Shown: positions 30,901 through 39,064 of the stretch, one piece after another | Layout of the letters: each line of letters starts with the position of its first letter | Numbering within the stretch: the first letter of the stretch is position 1 | DNA from: Bacteroidales bacterium | GTDB taxonomy: Bacteria; Bacteroidota; Bacteroidia; Bacteroidales; VadinHA17 | Direction of reading: 5' to 3' | Length of the DNA: 60,188 nt | Assembly: GCA_041740815.1 (NCBI GenBank) | Contig: JBGSLG010000093.1 | Location: forward strand, 1-60,188 | Made by a program: the position numbers and the translations under genes | Notes under the pieces: generated by a model | Told to the model about the DNA's origin: nothing | Database searches by the model: none | The model's input: only the letters and a program-made list of their open reading frames with translations

Positions 30901-31423
30901 CATGCTGCTGGTCTCCAGGAAAAGCATGGGCAACGGCCTTGTCAGTGATATCACCGACATCATTTATGTAGAACCGGAAAAATTCGATAATCTGAAGACT
31001 AATGAGATGGCAGAAGAGATTGATGCCATCAACAGGCAGATGATGGCTGAGGGCAGGAAGTATGTTTTGATTGGTCCCGGGCGCTGGGGTACCAAGGACA
31101 GGTTCCTTGGCATACCTGTTGCATGGCCCCAGATATCCAATGCCAGGGTCATCGTTGAGGTCAGCCTGCCTGATTACCATGTTGATGCATCACAGGGCTC
31201 TCACTTCTTCCATAATGTGACATCAATGAATATCGGTTATCTCTCTGTTAACCAGTATACAGGCGACGGCACTATTCTGTGGGACAGGCTTGACAGGCAG
31301 AAGACAATAGCCAACGGAAACTGGTTCAGGCATATAAGGTTTGACGAGCCGCTTGTTATCAGGATGGACGGCAAGAAGGGTATGGCGGTGATATCTGTCA
31401 GTGCTGAGCCGGGGACGCCTTAG
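27965..31423 (+). CDS. PEP/pyruvate-binding (dikinase-like) protein with N-terminal GAF-like and receiver-like domains
   Basis: GGKGRGL, AVRSSS..EDS...FSG, IEFAV, LLQIKP, GPGRWG, SQGSHFF; VISDMRFP receiver-like segment. Confidence 0.85.
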   Translation: MTEHPDTGTGFVRDIHDQEERLKELACINRTTQILKERKPLEETLMHLVLTLPGAWQYPDYTTARIRYLDRSFESPGFVETNWKLIQEFTTIDGKGTVEIYYTREFLSEFEGPFMKEERDLINNFAGLVTGYINSLVATESELRPDDGSDDLEDIKGLSSRKLLQKFLDRHNAERDVFHDLMPFMVREILLVASLYDAYSIEGEGRFSDHMLGEYYQMSLTTLPRITGVSGEDEAFSRLGVRHYDMIIIMVGVDKSNPMSLCRKIKERYPYIPTFLLLNNPGDIPFVQEQKVLGVPFDNYFVWTGESKVFFAMAKLLEDQVNVENDTKKGLTGVILIIEDAADYYSTYVPMLYTLVLEQTRILIEDVSSDELYKVLKLRARPKILLATTWEEAMSIYAKYKDRLLGVISDMRFPRNGVLNDKAGFDLITHIRGEQANLPTLLQSSDPGNAVYAAQLKASFINKNSETLLQDLKSFITYYLGFGHFVYRDTKGRQIAVAKSMKEFEAFLKTVPEDSLVYHAMKNSFSLWLMARGEVKIAKIINPVRISDFRSLKDMREFLIDVIRKRRREMNKGKVVNFDESVMIDESNVVSLAGGSLGGKGRGLAFVSTLIHSFELGRLLPGINIKTPVTAIIGTDEFDHFMESNHMWEVVNREKDFDELQKQFLAGSLSSALEQKLRVFIRLFSQPLAVRSSSLFEDSLSQPFSGVFGTYLLPNNHPDPEVRLRQLIGAIKLVFSSIYSDNSRIYFEAINYKIEQEKMAVVIQAVVGKRYDDIFYPHISGTAQSFNFYPVANMTPHDGFAVAAVGLGQYVLDGERAFRFSPSFPALDIVSIDDLIRYSQVEFYAINLGRKDIDLLQGENAGLVKLDISRAEADGVLKHCASVFSMDNDTVSPGLDVAGPRVINFANILKYDYIPLAPTLKKVLEVVREAFGAPVEIEFAVDLTRDENDRASFYLLQIKPLVGSGAGYAIDPETVYTDDMLLVSRKSMGNGLVSDITDIIYVEPEKFDNLKTNEMAEEIDAINRQMMAEGRKYVLIGPGRWGTKDRFLGIPVAWPQISNARVIVEVSLPDYHVDASQGSHFFHNVTSMNIGYLSVNQYTGDGTILWDRLDRQKTIANGNWFRHIRFDEPLVIRMDGKKGMAVISVSAEPGTP

Positions 31424-32307
31424 TAGACGACCGTAAGTGCTGATGTGGCGACTCCAGGGTTTACCTTTTTAATCAGACCCTGCAGCACATTGCCCGGGCC
31501 GGCCTCGGTGAATGATGCAGCACCGTCAGCTATCATCCTCTCAACTGTCTGCGTCCACCGTACCGGCGAGGTGAGCTGTGCTACCAGGTTATCCATTATC
31601 TGTGCGGGGTCTGTCACCGGCATGGCTGTCACGTTCTGGTAGACTGGGCACACCGGGCGGCTGAAGCGGGCTTTTCTGATGGCATCTTCAAGCTCTTCTC
31701 TTGCGGGCTCCATGCATGGCGAATGAAATCCTCCGCTGACGGAGAGCGGAACGATCCTCCTGGCACCCCGCTGTTTCAGTTCTTCTGTTGCCAGCCTGAT
31801 GCCCTCCACGGTGCCGGAGATGACTATCTGTCCCGGACTGTTGTAGTTTGCCGGCACCACCGTCTCCTTCACCGAGGCGCACACCTCCTCAACCAGCTCA
31901 TCAGGCATACCGAGTACGGCGGCCATGGTGGAAGGGTTGATGCCGCATGCTCTCTGCATGGCCGCCGCCCTGGCGGCAACGAGCGTCAGGCCGTCGTCAA
32001 ACGAGAGGGCGCCGGCAGCCACGAGTGCCGAGAACTCACCAAGCGAGTGGCCGGCAACCATGGCAGGAGCAAAGGCATCACCTGCCACTGCAGTCAGTAT
32101 CACCGAGTGCAGGAAGATTGCAGGCTGGGTCACCCTCGTCTGCCGTAACTCCTCATCAGTGCCGGAAAACATGATGTCAGTTATGCGGAAGCCAAGCAAG
32201 CCGTTGGCTCTTTCAAATATCTCACGCGCTGCCGGGAATTTATCATAGAGATCTTTTCCCATACCGGGGTATTGCGCTCCCTGTCCCGGGAATACGTATG
32301 CTTTCAT
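31420..32307 (-). CDS. fabD: Malonyl-CoA:ACP transacylase
   Basis: FPGQGAQ, GHSLGE, SGGFHS. Confidence 0.97.
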   Translation of the reverse strand: MKAYVFPGQGAQYPGMGKDLYDKFPAAREIFERANGLLGFRITDIMFSGTDEELRQTRVTQPAIFLHSVILTAVAGDAFAPAMVAGHSLGEFSALVAAGALSFDDGLTLVAARAAAMQRACGINPSTMAAVLGMPDELVEEVCASVKETVVPANYNSPGQIVISGTVEGIRLATEELKQRGARRIVPLSVSGGFHSPCMEPAREELEDAIRKARFSRPVCPVYQNVTAMPVTDPAQIMDNLVAQLTSPVRWTQTVERMIADGAASFTEAGPGNVLQGLIKKVNPGVATSALTVVY

Positions 32308-32339
32308 AAACCGTGTAAAAAAAGATTCGTGTGTTACTG

Positions 32340-32975
32340 TTAGTGCAGCCTGGTACCTATCAGATGAATGAACTCCTCACGGGTGTTGAGGTTAGAGAGG
32401 AAACATCCGGTGAAGGCTGATGTGGTGGTGACCGAGTTCTGCTTCTGAACACCGCGTATCTGCATGCACATGTGCTGCGCCTCAATTACAACAGCCACAC
32501 CAAGCGGCTTAAGGTTATCCTGTATGCAGTTGCGTATCTGTGTCGTAAGCCTCTCCTGCACCTGCAGCCTGGCGGCATAGGTCTCAACCACACGTGCTAT
32601 CTTGCTCAGTCCTGTTATGCGCCCGTCAGGGATGTAGGCCACATGCGCCTTGCCGTGAAAGGGCAGCATGTGATGCTCGCACATAGAGTAGATATCGATG
32701 TCCTTAACAAGCACCATCTGCCTGTACTCCTCCGTGAAGACAGCGCTGCGAAGTATCTCCTCGGGATCCGACTGGTAGCCCCTCGTCAGGAAACTGAGCG
32801 CCTTGGCAACCCTCTCGGGCGTCTTGAGCAACCCCTCCCTGTCTGGATCCTCTCCAAGGAGCCTCAGAATATTGTAGTAGTATCCGGAGATCTCATTGAT
32901 GACCTCAGGGTTCCATTTCTCGATCTTGTTGTATCCGTTTGACAGCTTTCCGCTGCCATCATTAAGCTTTTCCAT
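32340..32975 (-). CDS. folE: GTP cyclohydrolase I
   Basis: [34 protein letters not shown]; start placed at ATG 32975. Confidence 0.97.
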   Translation of the reverse strand: MEKLNDGSGKLSNGYNKIEKWNPEVINEISGYYYNILRLLGEDPDREGLLKTPERVAKALSFLTRGYQSDPEEILRSAVFTEEYRQMVLVKDIDIYSMCEHHMLPFHGKAHVAYIPDGRITGLSKIARVVETYAARLQVQERLTTQIRNCIQDNLKPLGVAVVIEAQHMCMQIRGVQKQNSVTTTSAFTGCFLSNLNTREEFIHLIGTRLH

Positions 32976-32976
32976 A

Positions 32977-33387
32977 TTATCCGTAATATTCAACATAATT
33001 GTTTTCCGTCTCCTCAATCCTGACACAGTGCAGCATGGCCCCCTCGGCTGCCAGTGGCTCAACCAGCTCCTTCCAGATGGCTATCGCCAGGTTCTCCGTG
33101 GTGGCTACCAAGCCCGACATGAAGTCAGTCTCAAGATTCATGTTTTTATGGTCAAGCTTGACCACCACTCTTTCGTTCATTATCTCCTTCAGGCGCGTGG
33201 CATTCATGAAGAACCCCGTCAGCGTATCAATTTCGCCCTTGACCGTCACCTTGAGCTCATAGTTGTGACCGTGCCACATCGGGTTGGAGCACTTCCCGTA
33301 AATCTTCATGTTCTCCTCATCACTCAGGCCGGGGCGGAACATTCTGTGTGCAGAACTGAACCGCTCTCTTCTTGTCAGGTAGATCAT
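32977..33387 (-). CDS. queD: 6-carboxytetrahydropterin synthase / PTPS
   Basis: [30 protein letters not shown]. Confidence 0.92.
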   Translation of the reverse strand: MIYLTRRERFSSAHRMFRPGLSDEENMKIYGKCSNPMWHGHNYELKVTVKGEIDTLTGFFMNATRLKEIMNERVVVKLDHKNMNLETDFMSGLVATTENLAIAIWKELVEPLAAEGAMLHCVRIEETENNYVEYYG

Positions 33388-33471
33388 ACTGCTAAATTAA
33401 TTGGTTGACAGGAATGAGCACTATATTACTCAAAAATAATATATTTATCAGTCTAATCACAGACTTAACTG

Positions 33472-34137
33472 ATGGATTACAAATCGGGGAATATTCTTAT
33501 TGCCGTGGCACATCCCACAGAGGAAGAGGCTGTCCGGCGCGCCGTTGACGCCTCGCGGTGCAGCTGTGAGATAATTGTCACAGGGGTTGGCGGTGCCGCC
33601 GTGTCATGGGCTCTTCAGAAGAGATTCTCAGCAGGACCACTGCCGGCACTGGTGATAGGAGCCGGCATTGCCGGCAGCTATGTCTCTTCTCATGCCCCGG
33701 GAGATGTTGTCCTTGTACGGTCTGACTGCTTTGCCGATATGGGTGTTGATGACAACGGCGATTTCCGGTCACTCTTCAGGGCGAACCTGGCTGACCCTGA
33801 CAGCCCGCCCTTCCGCGGGGGGAGGATTCACTGCGGAGGCAGATGGTTCGACCTGCTGGCCGCGACACTGCCCTCCGTCACAGGCGCCACGGTCAACATG
33901 TCTTCCGGATCGCAGACGGTCATCGACCGTATACGGAAGGCATGGGACCCTGACATCGAGACCATGGAGGGAGCCTGGCTGGCCTATGCCTGCGAAATCT
34001 CCCGTATCCCGTGGCTTTCAGTGCGTGCGGTCTCAAACATGGTTGAGCCCCGAAACCTGAAGAACTGGGACATACCCCTGGCTCTCCGCCGGCTGCAGGA
34101 GGAGATGACACGGATAACAGGTTTAATCACGGAATGA
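33472..34137 (+). CDS. mqnB: Futalosine hydrolase
   Basis: PNP/UDP phosphorylase fold: TGVG, GIAG, ETMEGA, RAVSNMVEPR..WDI; adjacent to mqnD. Confidence 0.85.
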   Translation: MDYKSGNILIAVAHPTEEEAVRRAVDASRCSCEIIVTGVGGAAVSWALQKRFSAGPLPALVIGAGIAGSYVSSHAPGDVVLVRSDCFADMGVDDNGDFRSLFRANLADPDSPPFRGGRIHCGGRWFDLLAATLPSVTGATVNMSSGSQTVIDRIRKAWDPDIETMEGAWLAYACEISRIPWLSVRAVSNMVEPRNLKNWDIPLALRRLQEEMTRITGLITE

Positions 34138-34205
34138 TGACCCTCCTGATCTGCTTATCCGCCGATGAGATGACTGTGCTGACCAACTTAATCATGATGC
34201 CATGA
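34134..34205 (+). CDS. Candidate 23-aa bridging mini-ORF MMTLLICLSADEMTVLTNLIMMP
   Basis: ATGA overlap with the mqnB stop and ATGA overlap with the mqnD start. Confidence 0.35.
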   Translation: MMTLLICLSADEMTVLTNLIMMP

Positions 34206-35032
34206 AGCTTACGCTTGGATTTTCGCCCTGCCCCAATGACACCTTTATCTTCGAGGCTATGGTGCATGGCAGGATAGATACCGAAGGACTGGAGTTCGAC
34301 TGGTTCCTTGCTGATGTTGAGGAGCTGAACCGCAGGGCCATTGAGGGCAGCGTTGATATCACCAAGATGAGCTACCACGCCTATGCCCGTGCTGCGGCCG
34401 GCTATCTCATCCTCGATGCCGGCAGCGCCCTCGGCCGCAGCAACGGCCCGCTGGTGATAAGCAAACACAGGATGTACCCTGATGAGCTGGATAACGCGTT
34501 GATAGCCATCCCTGGGAGATACACCACCGCCAACCTGCTCTTCAGTATCTTCTGGCCGGCAGCAACAAACAAGCGCGAATACCTCTTCTCTGACATACCC
34601 GAGGCTGTGCTCTCAGGTGAGGCTGACGCAGGCCTCATCATCCATGAGACCCGGTTCACATACCAGGCAATGGGACTGAAAAAGGTGGCCGACACCGGCG
34701 AGAGGTGGGAGGAGCTCACCGGAATGCCTGTGCCCCTCGGGGGAATAGTGGTCAGTCGCACTGTCGATGAGGTCACGGCCGCCAAAGTGAACAGGGCCAT
34801 ACGGCGAAGCATCGAATATGCCGGAGCCAACCCTGCGGAATCGGTCGGTTTCATCAGGAAACACGCCATGGAGACAGACGCCGTCATAACGAGAGAACAC
34901 ATACAACTTTTCGTGAACAGCTTCAGCCTCTCGCTGGGAGAGGAGGGAAGGGCGGCTATTGAACGGCTCTTTACCGTGGCCACGGAGAGAGGAGTGATTG
35001 AACCCCTTCCCGGCAGGATATTTCTGCTCTGA
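34202..35032 (+). CDS. mqnD: 1,4-dihydroxy-6-naphthoate synthase
   Basis: GFSPCPNDTFIF, DVEELN, GSALG..GP, IIHETRFTY, PVPLGG. Confidence 0.95.
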   Translation: MKLTLGFSPCPNDTFIFEAMVHGRIDTEGLEFDWFLADVEELNRRAIEGSVDITKMSYHAYARAAAGYLILDAGSALGRSNGPLVISKHRMYPDELDNALIAIPGRYTTANLLFSIFWPAATNKREYLFSDIPEAVLSGEADAGLIIHETRFTYQAMGLKKVADTGERWEELTGMPVPLGGIVVSRTVDEVTAAKVNRAIRRSIEYAGANPAESVGFIRKHAMETDAVITREHIQLFVNSFSLSLGEEGRAAIERLFTVATERGVIEPLPGRIFLL

Positions 35033-35094
35033 TTGTTACGGCGGTTATCTCATTTTAGTATCTTTACTGATAATCCAATTAATCTGACCAGATC

Positions 35095-35688
35095 ATGAAA
35101 TTCGAACTAACCCCCCTGAAGTACGGTACTGATGACCTCGCACCCATGCTGAGCGCCGAGACTCTGGCGTTTCATCACGGCAAGCATCATCTCGCCTATG
35201 TCAACAACCTCAACAACCTCCTCCCGGGATCACCCTTCGAGGATGCCTCTCTTGAGACCATGATCAGGAAAGCTGAAGGCGGCATCTTCAACAACGCTGC
35301 CCAGGTATGGAACCACACATTCTATTTTGAAGCCTTCTCACCGGCCGGCAAAAAAGCGCCATCGGGCACCGTGGCAAAGGCAATTGATGCCGAATACGGC
35401 TCGTTTGATGCCTTTAAGGAAGCATTCACCAAAGCCGCCTCAACGCTCTTCGGGTCAGGATGGGCATGGCTCTGCATGAAACCCGACGGGAGGCTCACAA
35501 TCACCCAGGAGACAAACGCCGGCAATCCTCTTCGCTCGGGTATGGTTCCGGTCATGACCTGCGATGTGTGGGAACATGCATATTATATTGATTACAGAAA
35601 CAAGCGCCCTGACTACATCAAGAACTTCTGGGAGCTGCTCGACTGGAAAGTCATCGGCGAACGCTATGACGAGGCGCTAAAAAAATAG
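35095..35688 (+). CDS. sod: Fe/Mn superoxide dismutase
   Basis: HHGKHHLAY, NNAAQVWNHTFY, FGSGWAW, DVWEHAYY. Confidence 0.97.
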   Translation: MKFELTPLKYGTDDLAPMLSAETLAFHHGKHHLAYVNNLNNLLPGSPFEDASLETMIRKAEGGIFNNAAQVWNHTFYFEAFSPAGKKAPSGTVAKAIDAEYGSFDAFKEAFTKAASTLFGSGWAWLCMKPDGRLTITQETNAGNPLRSGMVPVMTCDVWEHAYYIDYRNKRPDYIKNFWELLDWKVIGERYDEALKK

Positions 35689-35727
35689 GTATCGGTTTTT
35701 TCTCTATCTTTGGCCAAAATTTCAGAG

Positions 35728-36300
35728 ATGAACATCCGACAGCTAATAGAGAAAAACAGAACATACCGCCGGTTCGACGAAAAACACGAGATAACAAAAG
35801 AGGCCCTGGTCTCGCTTGTTGACCTTGCGCGTCTCTCAGCCTCAGGCGCCAACCGCCAGCCCCTGAAATATATTCTGGTGACCGAGCCCGACATGCGTGC
35901 TGCCGTCTATCCCTGTCTCGCATGGGCAGGATACCTTACCACATGGGAGGGTCCGGACCCCGGCGAGAGGCCCACGGCATATATTGTCATCCTGGGCGAT
36001 AAGGAGATATCGGATTCATTTGGAGTTGATCATGGTATTGCAGCCCAGAGCATTATGCTGGGTGCTACTGAAGCCGGTCTCGGTGGGTGTATCATTGCAT
36101 CCGTGAAAAAGGAGAAATTGAGGGTGCTGCTTGACATCCCGAAGGACCTGGAGGTGCTTCTTGTACTGGCACTCGGAAAACCGGTAGAGAAGGTGATCCT
36201 CGAGACCCTTGTCAATAATAATGTGAAATACTGGAGAGATGAAGAGCGTGTGCATCACGTTCCAAAGAGGACACTTGACGAGATCATCCTTCGCAGGTAA
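35728..36300 (+). CDS. Nitroreductase family protein
   Basis: RTYRRF, ASGANRQP, GLGGC, HVPKR; start placed at ATG 35728 because the TATCTTTG promoter box overlaps the upstream TTG. Confidence 0.92.
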   Translation: MNIRQLIEKNRTYRRFDEKHEITKEALVSLVDLARLSASGANRQPLKYILVTEPDMRAAVYPCLAWAGYLTTWEGPDPGERPTAYIVILGDKEISDSFGVDHGIAAQSIMLGATEAGLGGCIIASVKKEKLRVLLDIPKDLEVLLVLALGKPVEKVILETLVNNNVKYWRDEERVHHVPKRTLDEIILRR

Positions 36301-37105
36301 GTCGGCGGTCCTTCCCGCAATACTTTTTATTCTTCTTGCATTACACCCGCAGGGTACTTCTGCACAGCAGGCTGCACCTATACTTTTTCACGGTGTCATA
36401 CTCGATGCCGAAACGCGCCAGCCGCTGACAGGGGCTCATTACCAGGTCATGGGCCGGACCACAGCCGCCGCCGGGGCAAGAGACATGGGCAGCGGCGCTT
36501 CCGGAGAAAGGATCAGGAGCAGCGGCGCTTCCGGAGAAAGGATCAGAAGCAGCGGCGCCGCCGACAGCAGGGGCATGGTCTCATTCTATGCCCGCCACCT
36601 TGACACCGTCATCTTCACCTGTGTCGGCTACAAAGATTATAATATGCCAGTGCACGATAGCCTCCGTGCACGGGAATACGTTGCAGGGATCTATCTCACC
36701 AGCGACACACTCATGATGGCTGCAGTAGTGGTCATACCCAGGATTGGCAATCTCAGGTCAGCCATCATGTCTGAACCGCCGGCAACGAACCAGGAGCTGA
36801 TCAACGCAACAAATAATCTGAGACTGTCTGCTTACCAGGGACTGACGGGCGCCAGCAAGCTCGGCGATCCGGCCACCAATTATGAACTGCTGAGACAGAA
36901 ACAGCGTTCTGAAGCCTATGAGAAGGGTCAGATACCCTCAGACCAGATGCTGGCTGTCAGTCCGCTTACACTGATTCCGCTGATCTATCTGCTTGCTGTC
37001 GGTCCGCCCGAAGTACCCGAGCCACCCGTGCCCTACATCTCCGCCCGCGAGATGGATAACCTGCGGGCATTTCATGATTCCCTCATTTACCGCGTGCCGC
37101 GGTAA
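36275..37105 (+). CDS. Secreted protein with carboxypeptidase-regulatory-like (CarboxypepD_reg) domain
   Basis: Signal peptide; GVILDAETRQPL.GA, DTVIFTCVGY; likely TTG start at 36275. Confidence 0.7.
   Translation: MTRSSFAGKSAVLPAILFILLALHPQGTSAQQAAPILFHGVILDAETRQPLTGAHYQVMGRTTAAAGARDMGSGASGERIRSSGASGERIRSSGAADSRGMVSFYARHLDTVIFTCVGYKDYNMPVHDSLRAREYVAGIYLTSDTLMMAAVVVIPRIGNLRSAIMSEPPATNQELINATNNLRLSAYQGLTGASKLGDPATNYELLRQKQRSEAYEKGQIPSDQMLAVSPLTLIPLIYLLAVGPPEVPEPPVPYISAREMDNLRAFHDSLIYRVPR
36489..36558 (+). repeat. In-frame 30-bp tandem repeat (SGASGERIRS x2.3)
   Basis: GCAGCGGCGCTTCCGGAGAAAGGATCAGRA repeated. Confidence 0.9.
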
Positions 37106-37109
37106 ATCG

Positions 37110-37417
37110 AGGCAGTAGGGGGTAGGCAGCAGGCAGTAGTGAAAAATTAAGAATTAAGATGTAATAATCAGTCTCTTAGACTTTAGGTTTGGATTTTAAG
37201 ACTATTGCCTATTGCCTATTGCCTATTGCCTCCAGACTGCCGATTGTCGATTAATCGAAATCCTTTAATCGCAACTCGCAACTCGCAAATCCTTCCGACT
37301 TTACAGACTTTATGGACTTTCGACTTAATCGCAAATCGCAACTCGTAAATCCTTCCGACTTTACAGACTTTATGGACTTTCGACTTAATCGCAAATCGCA
37401 AATCGCAAATCGCAAAT
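37110..37417. repeat. Mosaic short-tandem-repeat element, locus B (contains a 60-bp higher-order repeat)
   Basis: AGGCAGT / ATTGCCT heptamers, AATTAAG, AATCGCA and GACTTTAYR units; 37265-37324 and 37325-37384 are identical at 58 of 60 positions. Confidence 0.92.
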
Positions 37418-37419
37418 TT

Positions 37420-38331
37420 TTACCCTTTATAGAATATTGCTTTGATGATATGCTCCGCCATCTTCGGATTCTCCTTCAGCCTGCGGGTTGAATAACCAAA
37501 CCACTTCTCGCCGAAAGGAACGTAGACCCTCATGACGTGCCCGGCATCAACGATGCTCTGCCGCAGCTTCGGGGTGACACCGTAGAGCATCTGGAACTCG
37601 TACATGTTCTTCGGAACATTGTATTTCCTGATGAGTTCATACGCCCCGTCTATCAGCGGCCTGTCGTGCGTGGCGATGCCCGCATATATCTTGTTCCTGA
37701 ACATGAACTCCAGGTCCTCGAGATAATGCTTGTTGATCTCCTCATACTTCTTGTAGGCAATCTCGGGTGATTCAACGTAGATCCCCTTGCAGAGCCTGTA
37801 GTTGGTCGGTATCTCCGGAGTATTCATGTCCAGCATGTTCTCCAGGTCGGTGTAGGTCCTCTTCATGTAAGCCTGCAGCACCAGTCCCACGTTCTTCGGG
37901 AACTCGGCATGGAGACGCCTGTAAAGCTCTATCTCCAGGTCGGTGCATGGCGAATCCTCCATGTCTATCCTGCAGAAGTTATTGTGTGAGGCGGCTTCGG
38001 CCACTATCTCCCGCATGAGCCTGTAGCATACCTCCTTGTCTATCAGAAGGCCAAAGCTGGTGGGCTTGAGCGAGTAGTTACCGTTGATGCCCTGCTTCTC
38101 TGTCTCGGCGATCAGATCCATGTACTCCTGCTTGTTCGCCTCGGCTTCATCGAGCGACTTGATGAACTCACCAAGAACATCGAGGGTCACCCTCATGCCC
38201 TGCTGGTTAAGCTCCTTAGATACGCGCATGGCATCTTCCATCTTCACCCCTGAGATATATGCACGTGAGAATATCCAGACGAATTTCTTCGGAAAATATG
38301 GAAGAATTGAGGCAATGAACTTATTGAACAT
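37420..38331 (-). CDS. Monofunctional proline dehydrogenase
   Basis: LDVLGE, SLKPT, RIDMED, RLCKGIY, ATHD, EFQMLYG, YVPFG..WFGYSTRRLKENP. Confidence 0.95.
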   Translation of the reverse strand: MFNKFIASILPYFPKKFVWIFSRAYISGVKMEDAMRVSKELNQQGMRVTLDVLGEFIKSLDEAEANKQEYMDLIAETEKQGINGNYSLKPTSFGLLIDKEVCYRLMREIVAEAASHNNFCRIDMEDSPCTDLEIELYRRLHAEFPKNVGLVLQAYMKRTYTDLENMLDMNTPEIPTNYRLCKGIYVESPEIAYKKYEEINKHYLEDLEFMFRNKIYAGIATHDRPLIDGAYELIRKYNVPKNMYEFQMLYGVTPKLRQSIVDAGHVMRVYVPFGEKWFGYSTRRLKENPKMAEHIIKAIFYKG

Positions 38332-38459
38332 GATCCTGTATATTTGACTTTTATAGATTTCAAAGTTATTACCGAATATTTTTGAAACTAATGACGTTTA
38401 TCATTAGTTAAGGATGCTTAACTTAAATTTCAGTTATTTTAAAGAAAATCCTCTTACGG

Positions 38460-38486
38460 TGCAACCATTTGACAATGTCTCAGGTC
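38460..38486 (+). promoter_or_regulatory. Putative ECF promoter TGCAAC-N17-GGTC
   Basis: About 20 nt upstream of the second ECF sigma gene. Confidence 0.55.
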
Positions 38487-38505
38487 TTGTTACTGTGCTC
38501 AGCTG

Positions 38506-39060
38506 ATGATGAGTGAACAACATATCATTGAGGGCTGTATCAGGCACAACAGAAAAGCACAGCAGCTGCTCTGGAAACAACATTCAGGTTACCTGCTGGG
38601 CGTGTGCATGAGATATGCCACCGACAGGCCTGAGGCTGAAGATATGTTGCAGGAGGCTTTCATGAGGATATTTTTTAACCTCGGGGAGTATTCGGGCACG
38701 GGTTCTTTCAGGGGCTGGCTCAGGAGGGTGACGGTGAATACGGCCATCACATACTATCATAAAAATCTGCGTCACAAGCATCACACTGACATAGATGATT
38801 ATGTCAGTGCAGAGACGGGGACAGCGGGTTTCGAGGAGGATTTTTATACCGCCGAGGATCTCTACAGGGTGCTTGCCGAACTCTCTCCAGGCTACCGGAT
38901 GGTCTTTAACCTTTATTCCGTTGAGGGCTACAAGCACCATGAGATAGCTGAGATGCTGGGGATAGATGTAAACACTTCAAAATCGCAGTACAGCAGGGCA
39001 AGGGCCATTCTGAGGAAGAAACTTGATGAGCTGGCGCACATGAAACGAAAATATACCTGA
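38506..39060 (+). CDS. ECF RNA polymerase sigma factor
   Basis: AEDMLQEAF, GWLRRVTVN, GYKHHEIAEMLGIDVNTSKSQYSRAR. Confidence 0.95.
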   Translation: MMSEQHIIEGCIRHNRKAQQLLWKQHSGYLLGVCMRYATDRPEAEDMLQEAFMRIFFNLGEYSGTGSFRGWLRRVTVNTAITYYHKNLRHKHHTDIDDYVSAETGTAGFEEDFYTAEDLYRVLAELSPGYRMVFNLYSVEGYKHHEIAEMLGIDVNTSKSQYSRARAILRKKLDELAHMKRKYT

Positions 39061-39064
39061 AAAG

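Noticed and set aside
27965..31423. Assigning ppsA or ppdK
   Set aside because: No C-terminal pyruvate-binding barrel is apparent, and the protein has extra regulatory domains
37216..37401. 61-aa repetitive ORF (also 5365-5769 and 49304-49609)
   Set aside because: These are translations of the DNA repeat arrays with no protein-like features
37265..37417. CRISPR array
   Set aside because: Units are contiguous with no unique spacers, and no cas genes are present
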